Positions 22,582 to 35,400 of a stretch of 64,000 bases of DNA are shown here, piece by piece. Positions within the stretch are counted from its first letter, which is position 1. Every line of letters starts with the position of its first letter. Both the position numbers and the translations under genes were made by a program. The notes under the pieces are model-generated. The model was not told the DNA's origin. It made no database searches and saw only the letters and a program-made list of their open reading frames with translations. This DNA is from Selaginella moellendorffii (lineage: Eukaryota > Plantae > Lycopodiophyta). The stretch lies in contig NW_003314266.1 in assembly GCF_000143415.4 (NCBI RefSeq), forward strand, positions 2,823,964 to 2,887,963, given 5' to 3'.

Positions 22582-25500
22582 CTTTCTTTTGGGAGTATCA
22601 TCAAGGGGTTCACTCGGCACCGGTTCATCCAGTGTTTACTTTCCAAGCTCGTTTTTATAACAAGAGGTCTCCTATTCTTCTCTCCGTGTTGGTTGATACA
22701 GGTTCGAGTTTATCTTCTATTGCTCGACCTGTTGCCACACGTTGTCGTCTACACTTGCGTCGTGCGGCGGATCCAGTTTTCATTCTTTATGGCAACGGCC
22801 GTACACATGCATGTGCACGAGATGAGGCGGACCTGGTTGTGCGTGTGGGCGATCTCGAGCTTGAGTTGCAGTCGTTGCGGGTGGTGCCGAGTCAAGCTTT
22901 TGACCTCATTCTTGGTATGGATTGGTTGCAGCACAATCATGCCAAGTGTGACTTTGAGGCTTTTCCCCCTTGTCTCATACTTCCTTATGTTTCATCCATT
23001 CCTCTCACTTCTGTACCTCTTCGTCCCTCTACTTCTACCTCTGCTTCCATTACTTTTGTTCCACCATTATTTCCTCTTGTGTTTCCATCTTGTTCTGCTC
23101 TTCCCTTTTCTGATCCCTCCGATGATCTTTGTGTTGCAGCTGTTGATCAGCTCATGAAGGAGTATTCTGATCTCTTTGAATTTGACCTATCGTCTGGGGC
23201 CAAGATTGCCACACGTCATCCCATTCCAACCGGGGATGCTCGTCCAATCAAGGTTCCTGTTCGTCGTTGGTCACCCAAGGAGATCAAGATTTTACGTGCA
23301 AACGTCAAGGAGATGTTGGAGAAGGGTGTTATTCGGAAGTCGCGGAGTCCTTGGGCATGTGAACCTCATCTTGTGATGAAGCCTGATGGGAGTATTCGTT
23401 TCTGCATCGACTATCGTCCGTTAAATGAAGTGACGATCCCGGACGTGTACCCTCTTCCTCACACTGCTGATCTCTTGGATCGTCTGGGGCGAAGTCGTTG
23501 GTTCACCAAGCTAGATCTTGCTTCTGGGTATTGGCAAGTACCGATGGCTGAAGACGATATTCCTAAGACTGCTTTTCGTACACCATTTGGTTTGTACGAG
23601 TTTTTGGTGATGCCGTTTGGTTTGAACAATGCTCCAGCAACTTTTCAGCGAATGATGGACGAGGTTCTTTGCGATATGCCAGAGGTGACGGCTGACTTCA
23701 TTGATGATGTCTTGATCCACTCGGAGGGGACGTGGGAGGAGCATGTTCGTGATGTTTGTAAAGTGTTGGATCGGCTACGCGACGTTGGTTTAAAGCTGAA
23801 GCGGTCGAAGTGCGTGTTTGGGTCCAAAGACACAACTTATCTTGGGTACCGTATTTCTCGTGAGGGTTTGCAAGTTGATCCTGACAAACTTGTGGCTGTT
23901 CTAAAGTTCCCTACTCCGAAGTGTGTGAATGATGTGCAGCACTTTTTGGGTAAGGTGCAGTATCTCGGTCGTTTTGTGGATCATCTTTCCGATCGCACTT
24001 TACCATTGCGAGCATTGCTGAAGTCATCAACGTCATCTTTCATCTGGTCTCCCGATTGTGAGCGGGCGTTCGTGAATCTCAAAGAGCTATTGACGACTCC
24101 TCCGGTTTTGGCATATCCTGACTACACTTGACCTTTTATTTTGCGCGTGGATGCTTCTGACATTGGTCTTGGAGGTGTGTTGATGCAAGAGAGCTCGAGT
24201 GTGCCTGGTCAGCGCCATCCCATTGCATACATAAGCCGTACATTACAACCAGCGGAGATGAACTACTCCACGACGAAGAAGGAGTGTTTAGCAGCAGTCT
24301 GGGGTTTCGAGAAACTTCATGCCTATCTACATGGTTCTCGGACGTTACTTGAAGGTGACCATGCTGCTGTTACTTCATTATTGAAGCGGAAGAACCTGGT
24401 TGGTCGTACGGCTCGATGGGCTTTGAAGCTTCAGATATATGATTTCGATGTTGTTCATCGCCCAGGGAGTTCTATGGCTGATGCTGATGCCCTTTCTTGA
24501 GCTCCTCTTCCTTTTCCACTCACTTCTCATGTTTCTGATGAACCTGTTGTTCCAGCATCTGTGGATTTTCTAGATGAGGATTCTGTGCCGTCGGCGGTTG
24601 CTGTCCTTGACGTTCAGTGTCCACAGGGCGTAGAGCAAGATCTACCTTCTCTGGATGAGGTTCGCGAGGCTCAAAAGATTGAGCCGTGGATTCGAAGGCT
24701 TCGAGATGGGTTTGAGAATCCTACATCACTTGCTGATGACTTGCCTTTTCGGCATTTACATTCTCAATATCGCCTTGAAGATGGCCTTCTTTATTTTGTG
24801 GGGACGGATCCTGATGCTCATTTACGGCTGGTGGTGCCTTCGGTGTTTATTCCGCGGTTTCTCCATGCCTACCATGATTCTCCTATTCTAGGTGGGCATA
24901 TGGGACACCGTCGTGTCACCGAGAAGTTGCGCAGATCTTTCTATTGGCCAGAGATGCGACGTGATATTATCCGGTATGTGCGTAGCTGCGTTTGGTGCCA
25001 AGCTCGTAATACTCCCCCTTGTGCTGCGGAAGGACGGTTGGAGTCAATCGCAGTTTCTCGTCCGTTTGAGTTGGTGGCGTTTGATCTTATGGGACCTTTT
25101 CCGCGATCGACTGCTGGCAATGAGTATGTTATTATTGCTTCTGACTACTTGACTCGTTGGGTGGAAGTTGGTGCTCTTGCTAGTGCCTCTGCAACTGCTG
25201 TTGGATACTTCCTCCTCAATCGAGTGGTGTTCCAGCATTCTTGTCCAGAACGGATTCTTTCGGATAATGGTCTTGCATTTATGGCTGAGGTATTTCATGT
25301 TTTGACATCTCGGTTGGGGATACGCCACACTTTTACGAGTGCTTATCATCCACAATCAGACGGTCTGGTGGAACGGCTCGTTCGGACATTCAAAGAGATG
25401 ATTGCGAAGTATGTGAACTTTCAACATTCGGATTTGGATGGTTATTTGCCGTCTCTTCGGTATGCTTATGTCACAGGGGTGCAGAGTTCTGTTGGTGCTT

Positions 25501-26006
25501 CACCATATAAACTTCTATATGGTCATGATCCAATATTACTAACAGAGCTAGGTTTACCTTCGCGATTGCCACGAGCTCCTGATGCTAGGTCATGGGATCA
25601 ATATTTGACAAGCATTCTTCCACTTGTCCGAGCAGAGTCTGCTGAACACTTAGGCCGCGTACAAGTGGGACAACAACGGCGCTACAATTCCCATCATCGT
25701 CCACCAGCGGAGTACAAAGTGGATGATTTGGTGTTAGTCCGTTTTCCCCATCTTACGGTACGTGGTTTATCTAAGGGGCTCCTTGCGCAGTGGAAAGGAC
25801 CGTATCGGGTGTTGCGGCAAGTTGGACCACAAGTTTATGAGGTTCAGCATAACGTTCAGCAGACTAATCCTCCAGAGATTGTGCATGTGCAGCGGTTAAA
25901 ACGCTTCATACAGAGGGATCAGGAGCAGTTAATACCGTCTACAGATCCACCGATGCCTCCTCCTGACGTTCCTCCAGATCCCGGCCCATCTACAAGAGAA
26001 CCCTGA
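22524..26006 (+). pseudogene. pol: Retrotransposon pol (PR-RT-RNaseH-IN) with two in-frame TGA
   Basis: LVDTGSS protease; RFCIDYRPLN, LDLASGYWQ, MPFGLNNAPATFQ, FIDD RT; DASDIGLG RNase H; HHCC, D-D-E and GPY integrase; stops at 24129-24131 and 24498-24500, all segments in one frame. Confidence 0.93.
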
Positions 26007-26472
26007 CGGCCTTCCATTATTTCGAGAGGAGGGGATGATGTGAGGGCCAAGTGTACGGCTACGATGCCGTATACTAATATTAGCGTAGTGGATTTTGGTA
26101 GCCGTCGGATTGGTTTCAATCCGGACCACTCGCTCCTGTATATAAGCTAGGGTTTTTGGGTTAATTGATATGCACATTTCTGTATTCCCTTTCCATATTC
26201 CATGCACTTACAATGTTTAAATATAATTAAATATACTATTTGTTTTGACCAATTTAATGTTATTTAAAATTTTTTTTGTTGAATTATATGAGATATTTAA
26301 TAAAATTTCCTGTTATTTTAACAAGAACTCCAGCAAAGGGCAGGAAAATGTTAGATTTCAACTTGACTTTTACCAAGCAGCACAGCACTTGCTGGCCAAT
26401 TTTTTGCCAAGACAAAAATTATAAATTTTCTTTCAGAGAAGATTACAGGCATCAAACTTCATGTCGGAAGCC

Positions 26473-29400
26473 TTATTCTCTTCGCATAGAGGCTATGAGC
26501 CGCGTCGTCTGTTTGCGTCTCAGCAAGTGTACCAGTGTCGAGTGGAATTCCTCCGTCGACTCGCAAGAGTTGAGACGCAGCGTCACGTTTCTGAACGGTG
26601 ATGGCGGCGCAAATCTGTTGCTGCTGCTGCTACTGCTGCTACTGCTCCCACCCCTGTACTGCTGGCTTACCTTGCTCGCCAGCAGCGCGTTTGGCGAGCA
26701 AAACAGCACGTCCAGATTGTTTTCCTCCCGATACATGTACAAAATGTCCTCCACGTTGTTCTCCGACAGCAGGCTCCACTCGCAGCCGCTCGACTCCAGC
26801 TCCTCCCGGCTGGTGCTCTTGACTTGGATGAGCAAGTTCTCCGTGAGGAGAACGAACACGCCGCGCTCGAAGAGAGGCTGGCATGTTATGTATGTCTGCA
26901 GAGAAGAACAAAAGCACTAAGTTTCAAGCTTTTTTCTACACGAAGTTACCTCTTCTCTGAGTCGGCCATCGTCGGCTTCTCGCAGAACCGCCGTGCCAAG
27001 TGCCTCGTTCCACGAATATGGGAGAAGTGGCGAGCCTGGCTCGAGGTGTCGAGGAAGCCTGAGGCGCATGATTCTAGGCTGGGAAGGCTGGCTGCTGTTT
27101 CGGATGCTTTGAGCTGTTTTTCCAGCCACTTCGAGCATACTCGCCGCAGGTCTGGCCACGGCTCTTATCACACCAACAGCCATTCCTACGAAAAAAGACG
27201 CAGTGTTAAGAGGTTTTTAGAACCGACTTGGGATATCCAACCTGAAAAGACGCCAGGAATTCCATGCCTCTCTGCGCCCCTCACGGAGGATTGGAGTAGA
27301 CCTGTCAATCCCTCCAGAAACTCGTTGACAATGCTGCTGTCTCGAGACCACTGGTTCTCGCCTTCGTTCATGTAGTCTTGATCAAGCGCCAGAGCCGCCA
27401 TTCCCTGTAGCAAATGATCAATAACGTAAGAAACAGTTAAGCAAAGACAAAACCACGAACCTTGCGAGCTGCCTTGCTCATTTGCGTGGCTGCGTTGCTA
27501 AATGCAAAAACTGTGTTCCTAAACAAACTCCTCGTTCCTACTGTAACACCCTGTACAATTTGTCCCGGATTCTGCAGTTCGAGCTATGCTTAATGGACAG
27601 AAACTAGTATGAGCAAAGTGGCGAACTTTTACCTGTCTGATGCTTGTGGCAGGAGCGTAAACGAAATCCCACACACCAGATCCAAGGCTTCTCAAAAAGC
27701 TCATTGGATTCCCGAAAACATCCGCCGAGCCAAGAACCTGGAAGAATGCAACATATGAAACAGAACGTAGCAACGAAAAGAAAAGAGAATGCAAACCTTG
27801 TAGAGTTCGTGAAGCAGCTGGCGAGTATAGTGACGCTGTATGATTCCTAGGATTGAGTTCCAATTGGCCATGGGATGTGCCAACGTTAAATGACGAAGAC
27901 GAATAGGTGCTCCTTCCACATCGGCCAAAGCTATCAGACGTCTCTGTGGGATTTTAAGAGTTAAAAAGCTTGCTTTACAGCATGAAAACAAAAGAGAATA
28001 CCTGTACCAACGATCCTGTCACCCATAACAGGGACTGTGCAGCTACACCACGGCTCTCCTTCGGAAGCCAGGGAATGCTTGAAAAGCTGCACATAAGAAA
28101 AGGGAACTTTCAAAAACAATGTTCAACTTGCAAAGAATCTCAGTGTTTTTACCTCACAGTAAGCTCCAGCGGGTCGATATGAAAGGCCTCAACGTAGACC
28201 TTCCTCCTCTGCTTGACAGAGATGATGAGCTTCTGTGTCGGACCTTTCGCAGGCTCTACTGCGGCATTATCGGGCCATGTTTTGTAAGACTCAATAGGCT
28301 CCATCGTCTCGACGAATCTCAAGCTGCTCAGAACGTTTGAAGAACTACCCCATTCGGAGCGCTGTAACTTGAAAGACATAGATTTCTCGGTTCCCGTAGC
28401 AGACCCTCCAACAAAAAGACCTTTGAAAAGTTCCAACAGGCAGCTTAAGTTGCGTTCTTCCAACTGTAGACGTAATGGAGCAATGCTGTAAGATAACACA
28501 TTATAAGAAATATCACAATGCTCGCACAACTCAGTACCTCAAGTAGATGCATTGGTAGCAATGAACCGAGCCGATTGGATGCCTCCATTTTGAGACAATA
28601 GCGGAGAGTGCGGGGTTCTCGCTCTTCTCCTGTGCTAACCGTCGAGACGAGTTCCATTCACTGCTTATTATGTCTCTCATCAAGATGCCCGAAGACTTCG
28701 CGGTAGAAAGTAGGACGGGATAAATGGCATGGCGGAGTTGGTTGTCGACTTGGAGCAATGCGATTTCCATTTTCATCTTCTGCTCCAACTGAGTTTGGAA
28801 AAACTGCAACTCAAAGCCTCTCGCTGATGCCAAAGCAAGTTCCTGCCAATGATTTTCGAGTCATAATCAGTAGCGACACACATAGAGCAGTACCTGGGGA
28901 GTGGTGTCCACAAGCGAGATTGCGATAGATGCCAGTTTCAAAGAAAAATCTTGTGAAGAACCCTTTCTGGAATCTCTGAAAGTCTCTTCTATGCGAGGAT
29001 TTAGCATTCTTAAGTCCTTTGTGGTATGGAGAAGTAAGTCGACAACGCTAAGGACCTGATATATGCAAGTCAAATGAATAGATGGATATTACAAAATTGC
29101 TTACTCTTCTTGAAGCCTCTGCATGCACAGAAACAACAAAGCGGCCCTCTGGTTTCTGTAAATCCCATTTGATCGCAAACAGTGATATTAAATTGTGTTA
29201 CAAACCTGTCCAGAAGCATGGAACTGGATGGACGGATAAGACTTGACAACGTCCAGTGGATATGTTCCAAGAGTTCCTTCGCCTGGAACCTACAACGGGA
29301 ATCAAGACAGAAAAACAATGCTGAGAGATAGTAGTGAAGACTAGAAAGCTTTACCTCGATGACAAGCTGTGGAGGCAGGCAAGGCTCATCCCAAGCATAG

Positions 29401-32400
29401 TCACACGAACTATAAGGCTGCAACACGTTCTCAGTTTTCTCGCACTTCTTCTGGTAGAATCTCAGCTTCTGATATAAAAACAGAGAACATAAACACAGCT
29501 AAACACGACACAAGCCAGCATACAAACCTCCTTCGAAAAGTTGTCGATTCGATAAGGCATGAAGCCTGTTTCATCATTTGTCACGATGATATAGAACGTC
29601 CCGAGCCTGTCATTTCCCGAACCAATGCTGTCACCCGCGGCATTTGCGTCGCTGACCACCACCCGAAGCATCTCTTTCACACCAGTCAAATGGTTGTAAA
29701 CTTTAACTTGGGTGTCTCCAAGCCGATCAAGTGAAAATCCGCCAGACCAATCCCAGCCGTGCTCGTTGTACCGCAAAGACAACAGCAGAGTTCTGCACAA
29801 GAAAAAAATGATAAGTTTCCATCTACACTGCAAAATGTTATGACCTGGTTGTATCACTCCAGTGGACGTTAATGTTTTGTCCAACAGCTAGGGGATAAAA
29901 AATATCAGTGCCATGCTGCTTAAAACAGATATCTTGTCGAGATGCGTTTGCCAGAACAAATCTGAAAAAGTAAAAAAAAATAGAGTTGACGTGATAATGA
30001 GCTTATGCGTGGTTTACCTTGGCCTGAAAGTTACGGTTTTAGTTTTCCCTGAACAGCTTCCCATTGCAGGGATAGAGGTGATCGAAAGAACGTATGCCCC
30101 TTTACCAGTCGGTTTGGGAATGACTATAGGAGCATTCCCGCCCGGTGGATCGAGTAGAAATGGTTGCGACCAAAATGGTGTGGTAGACTCCAGAAGTTGA
30201 GCAGCACGTAACCGCATTTTGCTTTCACCAACTTCGCGAGTAGTGGGAGAATATATGCGTGCAAGCGGCAGAACGGAATCGTTGCAATGACTGTCAGCGG
30301 CTGCTGGTGATGTTTCTGCCGCTGGAGTAAAAATTTTGCACGAAGGCAAGTGCGAGAGCATTCGGCCAGATTGATTTCGGCCGGTGGAAGTCGCGATAAG
30401 TGACTGCATACCCTGAGCTTCCGTCGCAGCTGCTGTGCCTCCGGCGCTGTATGTATCAGGAAGGCTCTGCTCTTTGGCGACATGTACGTCCACTTCCCCG
30501 TCCAGAAAAGATAAGTTCAACCCGCTGCAGTTGTAAATCCAGTAAGGAACGATCAAAGAGAGTCTGCGTGCCCCGCTTCTGAGATCCGTCACCTTATCAA
30601 CCCGTGCATAAACAGGAAGACCTGAGCAATACAATAAGTTAGACCAAGAAAAGGATACAAACATAAAATTCACCTGAAGGATTTTCGGGATCAAAGATGG
30701 TCATTTCATCGTTGATAGGCCTTTCGGTTCTTTCCACTCTATCTCTAGATGCAGCGCGTCCGAACTTGACAGTTCTCAGCAAGAAGCTAGAGATAGTAGC
30801 TTTTATGTTCAGATCATGCACGACGTCCACCTCGTAAAAGAAGCCAGAATCGCCCTGGAGTTTTTATCAGCAAACGTTATACCATTTTAGCTTGTAGAAG
30901 CCAAACGTACCTTCGGGATGGACGTATGAGCATTCACTCCAGCACCACTTTCGACGATCACGTCCATGGCGCATGGGAGACAATTCATAATAACAAGCGG
31001 AGCCTGAAGCAAAACGTTCCACATCTTCCATCTTGCTGACTGCTCTGAGGTTACTGGAAGCTTGTCTGACGAAGATTTTGAGGCATATATTGCAGTCGAG
31101 ACTTCCTTCTCCTCCACACTGACGCAACAGCGGAATGGACCTTGGCTGGGCCGAGATGGATAGCAGACGAACGGTCGCTGTGACGCCGAGCGATAGTTGG
31201 TCGATAGCAACTTTGACAAAGGTTGTGCCTCGCTCCAAAGATAATCCTTCTTGTAGGGACGCCAGCTAATGCGGCCTGTTTCTGCCAGGTGAACAGGGAG
31301 CGGGATGACTTCACTGGGAAGAATCGGGTTCATTATCTGGAAACAAAAAGAAACAATCAAGTTTCAAAGAACGAAAATAACGGCCTTACCTTCGGAGCAA
31401 TGCCGAAAGGTATTTCCAGACGAACTTCCATAGGAACAGACGTAGAATTCGCGACAGTAACCTTAACAAGAAAACAAATAAAGAAGAAAAAAAAGTCAGA
31501 TTGTCAAAGAAAAACGAGGAAAAACTTACAGTGGAATGCAATCTTATGAGCTTGCTATGATGTTGAAGAGAAACTTCAAGCACGGCATGCGTGCTGAACT
31601 GCTTCCCCTCGTCGCTTCTGTCGGTTTCTTTGCCCGAGAATGAAACTTCGAAAGCTCGGCGGCCAACTAAGTCGATGGACATAGGAAGAGAAGCTCCGGA
31701 CGTCCCTTCAAGACGGACTCGTATTCTTCGATGTGACATGAGTCCAATTTTCTTTTGTTCCGAAACCCGGCTGGAGATCCAGCGAGCCTTTTTCTTGTAA
31801 CGGATAGAACCTTCGTCTTCACTCACAAACAAAGGTACCGATGACCCAGCAAGAACCGTCCGCCATTGCCAAGTTGAATCGTTCTCTAGGCTCTTATCTC
31901 CATTCCAACCAGGCCAGATGAGAGAGTATGAGACCGTCATGCCTGTATCGTTCTGGAACCAGTATGGAGCATACTGGGAGAAAACGTTCTGTTGTAAGCT
32001 CTCCACTACGTGACGTTGCAAGTCCAGCATTCGGCTGGAGGTAATCATTTCCAAAGCCCGAGTGCTTGCCTAAAGATGAAAGCTTGACGAACATAAGATA
32101 CTAACCGAATTTCTAAACACAAACCTGCGACAAAGCCTCTGTCACGTTGATATTGAGACTATTCGCTGATTCTATCTCCACTTTTGCGGCCGACTCAGCA
32201 AAATGAAAGACACCCGTAAACCTCCATGGCTCAAGGAAAGGCTCCCACACAACCTGCGCAAAGTATCATAACCGAGTAAAGAAACGTAAATCAAATGGTC
32301 ACCTTCTCAATGTTGTGGTAGCTTATTTCTGTGAGAGTCGACGCCAGAATGTCGACACTTCCCCGACTAAAAGATAGCTCCAGAAATGTTTTCTCAAAAA

Positions 32401-35400
32401 TCATTTCCATAAGAGGACAGTTATAGTTCCACTGCAACAAAGAGGAAGAATGAAGAAAAAAAGTGAAAATGGACATACCCGACCGTCCGTTAGCAGCAAC
32501 GAGAGCATTAGAATCTCCGCTTTCAAGCCGACTTTATACTCGAGCAGCAGACTCTCCTCTTCGTCCTCAATACTAGACTCGAGTTCAAAAGCGTTGAGAA
32601 ACTGAAGAATAGGATACGAGCACCAGCAGTCGATGGAGTCGACACAAGCAGTAAGTGCGAGAGAAGGAACAGGGAATTCCAAAAAAAATACTCCTCCGAT
32701 ATGAATATTAGCAGTTGCCAGGCAAGGATAACCCGAGAGTTGTCTCGACTTTGTCTCTGCTTTCACTTGTGTAAAGCGAGCTGAAAACGTGCATCTGGAT
32801 TCGAGAACCTCGAACTCGTCGATAAAAAAGGAGGAGGTGAACAACACAGCCTTGCCCAGCTCGTCGTCTTCGGTCAATCTCTGGTTTTCTGAGCTGCAGT
32901 CCGGCAGAAAAAGCATAAGCGAAGGAACTGTAGTTTTCAAGTGAAGTACGCTGCCAACCGTTGTTCCCATCTCAAGTAACACGGCCACAGTATCTGCTGG
33001 AATACTCGGTGTTGTGTCGAGCGGAATACATACGAACATCCAGGAGATTATCTTGTTCCACGACGAAAAGCGTAGCCACACTTCCAGTCGAGGGACCAGA
33101 ATGTCCACTTGGATTTTCGACGGATTTAATGGCAGCGCCTCGATCGCAATGTTCGAAGTCTCTGATTTCACACTCACCACCAGTTTTTTCCTTACGTTGC
33201 CATCTTTCAGCTTGTAACTAGGATCGAAGATGACGACGTTGTCCAGTTTCAGCCCGAAGTGCTGAAAAAATCCTGCTTCAACACTATATGCGGCGGTAGT
33301 GCTTCTTGCTTCCAGAACTGCCACAGTATCAAGTAGACCGGGCTCTTCTTTTCTCGACAGTTTCAAGGAACTCGTAAGTTGATCGCTCTGCCACTGTAAG
33401 TTGAAAGAAGGCTTGCTTTTAGCCGTCTGAGTTACTATGAACGGCTTTCCCGAAATGATGCCTTCCCAAATATCCGTGGCATGCAGGGACTTCCATCCCA
33501 CAGAAGCTAGCTCCATCGACAGAAAATCAACCCACTCAATTTGTCTGTGAAGCGCGTGTCCTGGAAAGGCAAAGAAAAACTTTTCGTAAGAAATTCCAGC
33601 ATTTTAGTCAAGCTTACATACCTATGCAAGAAAGTTGAATAACTGGAAACTTGATATGTATATTCGTCAACTTGTTTTTCCTGTCGCTAGTGTCTGGAGC
33701 TTCAATCAGAATGTCACCCGTTAACATATCGATCAATGGCATAAACCATCTATCGCCGCTCCACGGTTCCAAACCGTAGTTCGATAGTGTAAGTTGTCTT
33801 CCCCTGATATAAAACAGCTTGAATGGGCTGTCGCTTGCATCCTCCACGCTATACCACTCCGGATGTGACTTCCGGAAATTCCCCGTCAACTTTAGCGGAA
33901 CAAATGAAAAGCAGAACTCGGGTATACCAACGTCGAAGTGGTGTCCTCCTCCAATCGGTAATATCAGCACAGAGTTCTTTACTTTCACCTGATAAGGAAC
34001 AGATAGTTGTGTAGGCTCGACTGCCGGTGCTGAGACGTATGTAGATTTCCACTCGGAAGATCGAAAGAATCCGATAAGGAGCACCAAGTAGTCGCTGTGC
34101 AGAATGCATTCAATGCCTTCGAGGTCTGCCTGAATCTCGAGAGTTGGAAAAGGAAAACTCTTTTTAACCACGCTCAGATGAATAGATGATGGCTGTTGAG
34201 AGTTGAGCCGACGGAAAGGAATACCGTTCATGCCGTGTGTAGCAAACTCTGGTGCGGAAATCTGAAGGTCGGAGGCTTTGCCTTCAAGCTCCCAGTCTTC
34301 TGGAGCGGAAGATAGCATAAAAAACTCTGACTTTGATAGTACCAACGTAGCAAGAACGCCATAGACGTCGTGCATCAAGAACGAAACGTTGTCAAGTTGT
34401 AAGGCCAGAGAAAACGGTGCTTGATGAAGAGAACTTTCACCGGTTGCAGTCGGCCGAAGTTCAGAAATCTCGAGCACAAACCCAGTCAAAGCGGCAATCA
34501 CGTTTCGATGGATATGGCACTCAGCGTCTTGTAAAATTAACGCCGATCTCACTGGTCCACCTTCATTCCAATTCCTTGTAATTGTAAGAGACAGTCCATT
34601 ACTGTCGTTGAGAGTCGAAAACAGGCATCTATCCAGGCTTGGTCTCTGTGAATCCATATTTTCCATGTACAGTTTTCCAGCCAACAACGCAAACTTATCT
34701 TGCAGTGCATCGCTGGAAAACCTGCACAGGTAAAGGTGAGCTATAAAAATACAACAAATGTGGCACGTACCTTAGTTTCAATGGTTCGATGTGCAAAGAT
34801 ATAGCTTTCACGGAAGCAATTGATCCTTCGTCGCTTAAAACAAGCTGTACGCTGACGTTTTTTATAAAAAGCTCGCCAGATATTGGTTGCGTGGTTGACT
34901 CCCTTCCTTCTCTCCGCGATTGAGACTGCAAGAAAGGCTTTGCGGAAGCGTCTATAATGGCTCCCAAGCCGGAGTAAACTACAGCTGAAACCAGAACCGT
35001 AGTTGCTGACAAACTTCCGTCAACCTACAAAACACTAGTGTTAAGTATTCTGCATCCGCATTGCAAACACTGACCTTCCATCTAGTATCCCATGAATCCT
35101 TGATCTTCTTAATATCAAAATCTGCGTTGAACTTATCCATCACGGTCACCCAAGAAAAACGACTCTCTTCACCGCTATTAGTTCCTTTAGCAAAACGAGC
35201 CTGTAAAAATATTCAAGTACCAGATTAAAGATTTCAATTCTTGTACCTGTATCCCAGCCAACTTCACTTCAAAGTGATTAATCACAGATCCTGAAAAATC
35301 TTTCAAATGATTTTGAGACGCCGCTAGAACAGCTTGACCATGTTCTTTTGAAGGGAAGCCAATCATATTTGCCATCGAGAAATGCATAGACTCCAAGGGA

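Larger units (their letters stand above)
21203..26212 (+). mobile_element. Full-length Ty3/gypsy LTR retrotransposon (non-chromovirus), defective copy
   Basis: LTRs 21203-21376 and 26039-26212 (174 bp, TG...CA, 1 mismatch seen); flanking ATGT duplication; PBS 21378-21393; PPT gagaggagggga 26024-26035; domain order gag-PR-RT-RH-INT. Confidence 0.97.

Noticed and set aside
26276-26920. 214-aa plus-strand ORF with poly-Leu as a membrane protein
   Set aside because: Antisense of the last VPS13 exon; poly-Leu is the CTG microsatellite.
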